From Lama glama (Eukaryota), in the NCBI GenBank assembly GCA_028534125.1, contig CM052816.1, positions 76,200,001 through 76,264,000 of the forward strand: a stretch of DNA of 64,000 nt, in the 5' to 3' direction. Both the position numbers and the translations under genes were made by a program. Each line of letters opens with the position of its first letter. Within the stretch, counting starts at the first letter, position 1. Below are positions 39,935 to 49,685 of the stretch, piece by piece. The notes beneath the pieces were generated by a model. The model saw nothing but the letters and a program-made list of their open reading frames with translations, was not told the origin of the DNA and ran no database searches.

Positions 39935-40420
39935 GCTACTTATTCATTTTGTCCATTTAATAAGTGTGTGTTCGGGAACTTCTTCGTGTTGGGCTCTGTG
40001 CTAGATATGGGTGACCCAATGATGAGCAAAAACAAAAACACATTATTTATGAGATGAAAAAGCTTATAGTTAATAAGGAAGACAGATATTGATAAAATAA
40101 TTCCCAAAAGCAAATGTGAAATTTCACTTTTAATAATTGCTACGAATAGATGCATAGTACTGTGGAGGCCACTGGAAGACTTAGGTGGGAGATAGGAAAC
40201 ACTCCTCTAAAGAAGTAATATTTGAACTGAAATCTGAAAGACAGGTGGGAATAGCTAAAGTCTGAAGGGTAGAGAGAGGTAAGAGGTTCTCCAGCCTGAG
40301 AAAATAGCTTGTATGATTGCCACCTTGCAGCAGGCAGTCTGGTTAAAGATAAACGGTAGGTGAGATCTAGTTGTGTCTATACCCAATTAAGAACTTGAGT
40401 GTTGATCTGTTTTTTTCGGG
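39935..40420 (-). mobile_element. L2 LINE 3' end
   Basis: tattcattttgtccatttaataag...ctctgtgctagatatggg...gaagtaatatttgaactgaaatctgaaag. Confidence 0.7.
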
Positions 40421-41779
40421 CATCATATTTTCCTGGACTGAACAAAAAATGGATGCTAGTGGTGGGAATTTATTTGCCTGGAGTAGTCAGGGTCATGCTA
40501 GCTACTGAAAAATGAAACTTAAAGTTCCAGTAGCTTACTCTAACAGAATTGTCTTGTGAATGGCTATCATCTTTGCCACACTTAATGAATTAATGCAAAT
40601 TGCTGATTAGTTATGCAAATGTACTCCCAACCTTGAATTTCATCCCTCTCTGGACAATTATATGCAATTTTCAAATCAAAAAATTAAAAAAATAAACCTC
40701 TGCTATTTGGCATTTTGGAATGAGGTATGCAGATCTTCATGATCACAGATATTTTTATGTTATTTTAATAAGAGGAAAAATTATTCTGTGGCAGGAGGAG
40801 AAAAATTAGTTAGAATGGCTTTTCTTGATTAGAAACATGGTCTTTGATAATTTCTCGCAGGCCTTGAGCAACTAAATCAAATGCAAGTGAGTTCAGAGAA
40901 CATTCTTAAATAAGTGGCTATGGTTTCCTTTTTAACTGTAAAGCTCTTCAGTTATTAACAGGAAACTAAAGAGAATTTGAACGCATGAAAGGTTTGAGGT
41001 ATTTTATTTTTATCATACTTAAAAGCTCATTGGTTCATCTGAACTCTTTTATGGTAAAATTTATAATGTGGAAGTTTTTTTATGGTCAAAATTTATAGTG
41101 GGAAACACCACAAAAGTGTATGTGTGTATTTGATCCACCTAAAAGGAGCTTTAGAGATCAGATAAGAAGGTGAGAGAACTACTAAAGTAGGATAAATTAT
41201 TGCACATTGTGCCACCCTAGCATTGGAATGAGTGGCAAATGTGACTGTAGCCCCAGAAACATTTGAGTGGAATAATATCTGACTCATCTATTCAAGGGTG
41301 GAAAACTAACTGAAACTCTCACTTTAGCCTAAGAGCGATAAGGTCCTGACCTGATGTACATAAATTTAAAAATAATGGTAAAATATCTGTGTAGTGCTTT
41401 GTGATTTCCAGAGCACCATCTGGCGTTGATATTTACCACCATTGCAACACAGCAATAAAGATAGTCAGATGGTGATAAAGCAGAGCACTTCAGAGAAGTT
41501 AGGTATGCACAAATCTTTTGGTTAAATTTCCCCAGGAGTTGTGTTCCTAATATTTATAAACTTCCATTTGACTTTGAATTTATGTCACTCCTTATTCTCC
41601 TGTTGACTGATTGCACTTTAAGTACAACCCTAATATACTAATATGAATAACAGTTTTGACTGGGTGAGCTAGGCTGTTATATGATTGAACTACTTTTTAC
41701 CCCTAGACTTTGAAGTAATCTAGGATCTTTGTGCAGTCTTGGGTTCTAGGTGTTTTTTCCTGGCACTTACGAGTTTTAC

Positions 41780-42279
41780 NNNNNNNNNNNNNNNNNNNNN
41801 NNNNNNNNNNNNNNNNNNNNNNNNNNNNNNNNNNNNNNNNNNNNNNNNNNNNNNNNNNNNNNNNNNNNNNNNNNNNNNNNNNNNNNNNNNNNNNNNNNNN
41901 NNNNNNNNNNNNNNNNNNNNNNNNNNNNNNNNNNNNNNNNNNNNNNNNNNNNNNNNNNNNNNNNNNNNNNNNNNNNNNNNNNNNNNNNNNNNNNNNNNNN
42001 NNNNNNNNNNNNNNNNNNNNNNNNNNNNNNNNNNNNNNNNNNNNNNNNNNNNNNNNNNNNNNNNNNNNNNNNNNNNNNNNNNNNNNNNNNNNNNNNNNNN
42101 NNNNNNNNNNNNNNNNNNNNNNNNNNNNNNNNNNNNNNNNNNNNNNNNNNNNNNNNNNNNNNNNNNNNNNNNNNNNNNNNNNNNNNNNNNNNNNNNNNNN
42201 NNNNNNNNNNNNNNNNNNNNNNNNNNNNNNNNNNNNNNNNNNNNNNNNNNNNNNNNNNNNNNNNNNNNNNNNNNNNNNN
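41780..42279. other. Assembly gap (500 N)
   Basis: Run of N. Confidence 1.
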
Positions 42280-42634
42280 CTATATTGGGTGCATTTATAT
42301 TAACGAGTGTAATATCCTCATCTTGTATCACTCCTTTAATCATTATAAAATGTCCTTCTTTATCTTTCTTTATGGCCTTTGTTTTAAAGTCTATTTTGTC
42401 TGAAATCAGTACTACAATACCTGCTTTATTGGCTTTTCCATTTGCATGGAATATCCTTTTCCATCCTTCCACTCTCAGTCTATATGTGTCCTTCTCCCTA
42501 AAGTGGGTCTCTTGTATGCAGCATATTGAAGGTTCTTGCTTTATTATCCAGTCTACCACTCTATGTCTTTTGACTGGAGCATTTAGTCCATTAACATTTA
42601 CAGTAATTAATGATAGATGTGTGTTTATTGCCAT
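42280..42634 (-). CDS. L1 ORF2p N-terminal APE-like endonuclease domain (partial, runs into the gap)
   Basis: MAINTHLSLITVNVNGLNAPVKRHRV...ICCIQETH...IFHANG..KAGIVVLISDKIDFK...DKEGHFIMIKG.IQ.EDIT.VNINAPN. Open for about 118 codons up to the Ns. Confidence 0.9.
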
Positions 42635-43039
42635 TTTGAACTTATCTTTGCAGTTGATTTGGTATTTCCTCTTTGTTCCTTTTTTCTTCCTTTTGTGGTT
42701 TGGTAATTTTCCTTTGTATTATCATGGATTTTATTTAGTTTTTGTGACTCCCTTGTAAGTTTTTGGCTTGTGGTTACTCTTTTCTGTAAGTCTATTAGCC
42801 CATTACTATAACGGTTTTTATTAAACTGATAGTAACATGATCTCAAACCTACCCTACCGTGAACAAAAAATTTAAAAAAGAAAGAAAAAAAATTCCATAT
42901 TTTCCTGCCTCCCTCTCCCACTCTCAATGATTTCTATGTCTTCTTTTACAGTTTTGTGTTTATTTTATTTGTAATTCATGAGTTATCACCTTTCCAGTTA
43001 TGAATTTCTCATTTCTGTAGCACCCTGCTGCTTTTCTAT

Positions 43040-43965
43040 TTAGAGTAGACCTTTCAATATTTCTTTTAGCATGGGTTTAGTGTTGCTAAACTCTTGTAGA
43101 TTTTTCTTGTCTGTGAAATTCTTTATGTCTGCTTTTGTCCTAAAGGATAGCCTTGCTGGATAAAGTATCCTAGGCTGAATCTTTTTTTCATTCAGGACTT
43201 TTAATATATCTTGCCACTCCCTTCTGGCCTGTAGTGTTTGTGTAGAGAAATCAGCTGAGAAACTTATGGGGGTTCCCTTGTAACTCACTCTTTGCTTTTC
43301 TCTTGCTGCCTTTAGAATCATTTCTTTATCCTTGACTCTGGCCATCTTGATTATGATATGTCTTGTTGTGGGGCTGTTTGGGTTCTTCCTGTTTGGGACC
43401 CTCTGAGCTTCCTGTACGGGACCCTCTGAGCTTCCTGTACTTGGATATCTGATTCCTTCTTTAAGTTTGGGAAATTTTCAGTCATGATTTTTTCAAAAAC
43501 CTTTTCAATCCCCTTTGATCTTTCTTCTCCTTCTAGGACCCCTGTTATGTGAAGATTGGCACGCTTTATATTATCCTATAGGTCCCTTATGCTATTTTCA
43601 CTTGTTTTTATTTGTTTATCTTGCACCTGTTCTGATTGGGTGCTTTCTGTTGTTCTGTCTTCTAGGTCAGTAATTCGTTCCTCTGCATTATCTAGTCTGC
43701 TTTGCACAGCCTTTAGATCCGTTCTCATTTCAGCCAATGAGTTTACCAATTCTACTTGGCTCTTCTTTATAGCTTCAATTTCATTTTTGACATATTTTAT
43801 ATCTCTAAACACTATCTCTTTTAGTTCCTTCAGTACTTTGATCATTCCTTTTTTGAAATCTTGATCTAGTAGGCTATCGATGTCTATTTCATTGATCATT
43901 CTTTCAGGGGATTTCTCTTGTTCTTGTAAGTGGGAATGGTTTCTCTGCTTCTTCATCTTGCTCAT
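43040..43965 (-). pseudogene. L1 ORF1p (coiled coil, RRM, CTD), disrupted by one nonsense codon and one 23-bp duplication
   Basis: The ORFs at 43576-43965 and 43040-43345 are the two ends of the protein. TAG at 43576-43578 sits where W is expected (RDL*DNIKR). The duplication at 43395-43440 shifts the frame. The CTD motifs ARREW and YPARLSF are present. Confidence 0.95.
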
Positions 43966-44419
43966 ATCTCTCTGGCACTGTGGCTTATGGAGTATCAGTT
44001 ATCTATTGTGATCCTTAAGGAGTTTATCTGTCTAATGCCTATGTAGGAATAAAACTTAGAAAAAAAAGAGAGAGAAAGAATTTTAAAAGAAGGGAGAGAA
44101 AAAGTTTGAAAACAGTGTATATAATGTGTAATAGAAGAGCAAGTTGAAGCAGAATAGCAATCGGGTTGAGATGTCTTTTAAAAACCTTTAAAAAAGGGGA
44201 AAAGATGTATTTGAAACCTGTGTATAATCAGTAACAGGACATCAAAACTAAGAGAAATAAAAATGAAATGTGGATTTTTAAAAATAATAATAAAAATATT
44301 TTTTAAAAATGTAAAAGGGATTAAAACTGGGGGTATATATAATTGTTTAAGAAGTAAAAATTAAAAGGGTAATAGCAAATAGGACAGGTAAAAACAGTTT
44401 AAAAGAAAAGAAAAAGGGG

Positions 44420-45666
44420 GGGCTCGGTGTTCTCCTGGAGACTGTGTGCTTTTAATGTGAAGTCTTTCCGTCCTCGTCCTGTTTTGGAAGCTCAGCTTGC
44501 TGTTTCCAGAGGCCTTCTGTTGGCGCCCTCATCTGTGCTGCTCCCAGTGCCTGTTGGAAAGCAGATTGTGCCCCCTCCCAACAGTGGGTCAAGTGCAGCT
44601 CTCCTTTGCTGTGGGTGGGCGGGTCATTGCCCCTCCCCAATGCTGCAGTCAGATGTTGCAGACTGGCCAGGTAGGAGGGCGGGTCACTCCCCCTCCCAGC
44701 ACTGTGATCAGGGGCTGCGTTCCTGTCCAAAAGGCGGGGGACCGCCCTCCCTCTCTCGGTGCTGGTCGCTTGGCTGCTCTCTGCCGCTGCGCGCTCTGCC
44801 TCAGGTCCGCCCCGCCACAGGCCGGCTTGGGAAGACCGAGGAACAGCCCTGTCCCTGCTCTGGGCCAAAATCCAGCAGCTTGTTTCTCTTGGTGGAGCAA
44901 GTTGTCTGAGGGACCAGGACAGAAGGATCCTATCTGCCCCGGGCTGTAGACTTGAGGCTGCTAAGCCCTTCGGTGTGGATGCAGGTTTCACCCCCAGCCC
45001 CGCTTGGGTGCTAAGCGCGGGAGGATATGGCGGCTGTGCCTGAGCCCCACCTCTCTTCACCTGAAAACTTTCCGCGGGTTTTCAGAGATGGGGGTATGCA
45101 CCCTTACCCCCCGGTCACATCAGCCATGTTGTTTTATGGAGGGCCCAGGTTGTTCTGCGCTGTGCACCCACAGCCACTGTGGGCAACCTCCTGCAGTCCC
45201 CTGGGGCTGCCTCAGTGCAGCCGTCCCCATCCTCCGCCCCGCTTGGGCAGCCTGGCCCTGCCCCCAGCTGCTGGCCGTCGTCTCGGGCTGGCTGTCGCAG
45301 GGACCCTCTGTACCCGTTTAACTTAGTTCTGTTGGTCAAGGGCTGCTCTGTACAGATCCGAGCCTCGGAGGCTCCCCCTCCGTCCTGCTTGCCTCCCCGT
45401 TGGAGAGGGGAGACCCAGCGAGCGAGCGCCAATCCTCCTTTGCCGCTCCCTCCCCACGGGACTGTCCCACACTATTTTGCCTTTTCTTCCTTTTTTCCTT
45501 TTCTCCTTCCAGATTTTTGGCATCTCTATCTTTTGAAGAGGACGATGTTTTGTCGGAGTTCCACAGGTGCTCTGGTTGGCTGAGTGGGTCTGTGGATGTG
45601 GGTTTTGGTGTATTTGTGGGAGAGGGTGAGCTACCAGCGTCCTACATCTGCCATCTTGGCCTCCTC
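44420..45666 (-). promoter_or_regulatory. L1 5'UTR internal Pol II promoter region (CpG-rich) with a YY1-type motif
   Basis: The only strongly GC/CpG-rich segment in the window. AAGATGGC lies on the minus strand at 45650-45657, close to the element start, as in human L1. Confidence 0.75.
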
Positions 45667-46679
45667 GAGTCCTGGATTCTTGATTTGATCTTTGAATATT
45701 AAACTTGTGTCTCTATCCAAGAATTTAGGTCATTTACCCTGTATATATAGATGACAGGACAATCTGAAGCAGACTCTCCTTGACATGAATATAGACACTT
45801 ATAAATCAATATTATCATATCTAAATAAATAAGAAATGTAAATGCACTGAAGTTCAGTCCAGTTTACTTCCTGAAAGACTTTGCTCAGGAGTCATCTATA
45901 TTAATGTTGTGCAATAGTTGGTGAGCCATTGAGACTTCAATAAATTATATATTTATTGCCAAAGGAATTAAGTCTTTATTGCAACATGATTCATAGTTGT
46001 TTTTCCAACTGATTCCTGATTAGAATATGCTGTCACGATCAGGACTTGATTTTGGTGGCTCATCAAAGTTACTGTATTCCTTTGGCAATTCCCATTTGGT
46101 TGCTCCTTGATTCTAAAAATCCACCAAGAATTCACAGCAGCTTGATCAATATGGATGATAGTCTTTGGCTCTGTATTTGAATTAATTTAGGTTAAGCTCT
46201 TGGATTATCGTGATGATGGAGGAGGTGGCTCTTCAGTCTTTTCTCCTGCAGGATGCAATGTTGGGGTCCCCAGTAACTGAGTCCTCTCCTTTAACAGTGA
46301 TCTAAAATAGGCCCTCAGACAGAGGAGAGTACTCCAGAGCCAATCATACCCTTTCCCCTGTGGATTTCATGAGATACATAGAGTATCTGTCTGAGATACA
46401 TAGGGTGAGAACATAGTGTTTGGAGTCCTTATCATTGGAGCTAAATTGGATTATTTTTCTATGTCATGAACTCTTCGAAGAAGAGAAGGACACAAGAGAC
46501 TTGGAGTAGGCTGGTAGGACTCCCAAGATCAACCTGAATTTGGAGTTGTAAAAGCTATAGTGGAGGGCAGTGAAAATGGTGAAGTCAAGACCAACAAGAA
46601 TGTGGTCAGTAGAAGGTAAGATGTGCTGGCTTCTTAGGCCATGTTGTCAGGAAGGAGGGACTAGAATATTTATTTTTTA

Positions 46680-47285
46680 AATATATTCATTCCTTGATTG
46701 AACACATAATCTATTTATTGCCTACCTACAAATATCTATTTACTACTAGCAAGTAAGCACTGGGTTTATAGCAGTGACCATCATGGGTCTTCGCTTTCAC
46801 AGAATTTGCAAGTTATTTTTTTGTGGAGGAGCACTGATAGTTGGATAAATAAATTTCTAAAAAATCAACCAAGCAACAAAAACATCAGGCAGCGATACGT
46901 GCATTGAAAATATTTAAAATAGGCACTGTGATAATGAGTGTCAGCATATTTATGCTGATTGGCTGGTTGGGGAATCTTGGTGTAAAGATGTGGTTATTTG
47001 AAATCCGGCTAACAAGCAGAAGCCAAGCAAAAGCTGGGGACATGGCATTGCCATCAGAGAATGTGGCTAGAGCAAAGGCTCTTAGGGAGGAATACACTTG
47101 GTGGTTTGGAGGTAACAAAGAAGGCCAGTGTGGCTGGAATAGAGAGGGTGAAATGGTGAGTTAGAGAGAAGACAAATGTAAGAAGAATGGGCCAGATTAT
47201 ATAGTGCTCTATAAACTAGGATTAGGGGCTTGCAAACTTACCTGTGTAAATGGGGAGCCATTAGAAGAATTTAAGCAGACGATCC
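46680..47285 (-). mobile_element. L2 LINE 3' end
   Basis: attcattcc...tatttattgcctacctac...gcactggg...gcaaaggctct...aaagaaggccagtgtggctggaatagag...ggggagccattagaagaatttaagcag. Confidence 0.8.
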
Positions 47286-47489
47286 ATAGGTAAATCTTAT
47301 GCTGAGTTTACAGTATGGACTCGTGCTATTTTATGTAGTAACTAAAATAGAAGTTGGGTAAGGAGTGTGACACTTGAGGTTTGGCTTCAGATGGTGGTAT
47401 TTTTTTATATGGGGTCAAGATAAGCAGAAGATTTAAATTTAAAGCTAAATTTCTTTTTTTCCTGGTTGCAGAGACTAGCTTTCTTTGTC

Positions 47490-48050
47490 TACCAGCAGTC
47501 TGCATCTATGTATAGCTTGATTCCACTGCCACAGTAGATCTTTGGAAATCTTTATACATGTGTGCAAATACGATGAATTCCTCCAACTGAAATTTTTAAT
47601 ACTTGGAGCAACTCCACATCCCTTAAAAAAAAGAAAAGGCTTGTTTCAATTTACATTTCAACCAATATCATTTGAGTATTCCCATCCAATTTTCCCAATC
47701 CTGGCCCAAATGGAGTATATTATAAGTAATTTTGATATTTGACCTGTCTATTTGATGATAAATGATATTTTCTTGTTGTTTCCATATTTATTATAAATGT
47801 CTAAGGAATCATTTTTAATGTGTTTATTGGCTATAGTGGGTGATTTACTTGCTTTGATGCTTTTTCTGTTTTTCTATTGGCTATTAGAATTAATTAAATT
47901 ATGGTACTTATGGTACTTCAGTACAATGAAATGCTATTCTAATATTAAGGAAGATGGGAAATAATATGAATGAAATACAAATACTATTATACCATACTGT
48001 TAAGTAAAAATAATGTAAATTGGTATGTAAAATATGATTTCATTTTTCAT
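47490..48050. mobile_element. Ancient L1ME-like fragments in opposite orientations
   Basis: tttacatttcaaccaa...atgatattttcttgttgtt (minus) abuts aaattatggtac...tacaatgaaatgctatt (plus). Confidence 0.5.
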
Positions 48051-48244
48051 GTAGATAATAGATACACATAATATGAACATCCACTATTAAAAGGGCATTT
48101 TCTCTTCTATCATTTACAACTTGAACTTTCTTCTATATCAGTTCTTCCTCTTCTATTGTTTTCTAATATTTCTTCACGTTTCATCTGCATCTATATATTA
48201 TATATTATGGTTATATATTATATATATTATTTCAACTGTAAAAA

Positions 48245-49215
48245 AATTAAAGTATAATTAACATATAATGTTATACTAGTTTCAAGTATGCAATGTAGTG
48301 ATTTGACATTTATGTACATTATGAAATAATTACCATGATAATATAGTTACCATCTGCGCCATACAAAGTTATTAAATATTATTGGCTGTGTCTCGTATTC
48401 TTTATATTGTATCCCATAACTTTTTTATTTTTATAACTAGAAGTTTGTGCCTCTTCATACCCTACTCTTCTTTTGCTCATCCCTCCACCCCTTCCATTTT
48501 GGCAACCACCAGTTTGTATCTATGAATATGATTCTGTTTTCTTCTGAGTTTTTTAGATTACACATATAAGCAAAATCATACAGTATTTGTTCTTCTCTGT
48601 CTGACTTATTTCACTTAGCATGACATCCTCTAGGCCTGTGCATCACATTACAAATGGCAAGATTTTATTCTTTTTATGGTTAATATTTCATTGTGTGTGT
48701 GTGTGTATATATATATATCATATCATATCTTCTCCTTCCATTCATCTATCCATGGACACTTTGTTTGCTTTTATATTTTGGCTATTGCAAATAATGCTAC
48801 AGTGAACATAGAGTTGCTTATACCTTTCCTATTAGTGTTTTAGTTTTCTTTGGGCAAATAAGCAGAAGTGGAATTGCTGTATCATACGGTAGTTCTTTTT
48901 TAATTTTTTGGAGAAACTTCCATATTTTTTTCCATAATGATTGCACCAGTTGACACTCCCATCAACAGTGTACAAGGGTTCCTTTTTTTCCGTATCCTCT
49001 CCAATACTTGTTATTTGCTATCTTTTTGATGATAATCATTCTGACAGGTGTGACAGGATATCTCATTGTGGTTTTAATTTGCATTTCCTTGATGACTAGT
49101 AATGTCAAACATTTTTTCATCTGTATGTCCTCTTTGGAAACATGTCTGTTCAAGTTCTCTGCTTATTTTTTAATCAGATTTTTTGTTGTTGTTGAGTTGT
49201 ATGAGTTCTTTGTAT
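48245..49215 (-). mobile_element. Old LINE-1 (L1MA-like) 3' end
   Basis: The minus-strand ORF at 48962-49153 ([12 protein letters not shown]...[12 protein letters not shown]...PVRM..IKK) is the ORF2 C-terminus. The 3'UTR resembles the copy at 9128-10105. Confidence 0.9.
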
Positions 49216-49449
49216 ACTCTATTTTATTAATCCCTAATCAGATGTTAATTATATATTTAATAACAACTATTATATCCAAAGTGCAAGTTAGGGCAAATCT
49301 TTTTTTTAATTTATTTATTTATATGTTCCATATATTATCTTATAGCTAAATCATCTTTCATTACTCACTACATCTTTACTAAGAAATAGATCTTATAAAA
49401 CAATCTCTTCTTGAAACATATTTTTCACTAACAGGTAGCATTATTTAAA

Positions 49450-49685
49450 CTGGAGCTTCAAAACTTGGATGTGCCTCAGAATCATTTAAAGAATTTGTAA
49501 AACATAGAAATTCTCAGTCCTACCTGTGAAGATTCAGTTACAAGAAGTCTGGGGTGTGCTTTGAAATCTATATTTTTAAAAGACTGGGATTTCAGAATTG
49601 TAGAATAGATAAACAAGATTATACTGTATAGCATAGGAAAAGTTTCTCAATTAATTCAGATGCATAAGTTTGGGAACAACTAATT
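49450..49685 (+). mobile_element. MER5A MITE interrupted by a short L1 fragment
   Basis: aaacttggatgtgcctcagaatca...gtctggggtgtg...aatctatattttt [insert] ...aattcagatgca..agtttgggaacaact. Confidence 0.7.
49583..49642 (+). mobile_element. 60-bp L1 3'UTR internal fragment with no poly(A) tail
   Basis: atagataaacaagattatactgtatagcatagg is homologous to the L1 3'UTR at about 34291-34330. AAAAG occurs at 49578-49582 and 49638-49642. Confidence 0.8.

Larger units (their letters stand above)
42280..45666 (-). mobile_element. Relatively young LINE-1 with intact 5' end (5'UTR, ORF1, inter-ORF spacer, start of ORF2); 3' part lost in the gap
   Basis: The minus strand starts GAGGAGGCCAAGATGGC. It then has a CpG-rich 5'UTR, ORF1 at 43965-43040 and the ORF2 endonuclease domain from 42634. 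Confidence 0.97.

Noticed and set aside
41720..42758. Long ORFs of 190-339 aa spanning the first gap
   Set aside because: Their length comes from translated Ns. Only the minus-strand part at 42280-42634 is real (L1 ORF2).
44427..45702. Many overlapping 80-200 aa ORFs suggesting a gene or host CpG-island promoter
   Set aside because: They lie in the GC-rich L1 5'UTR where stop codons are rare, occur in all frames and show no recognisable domain.
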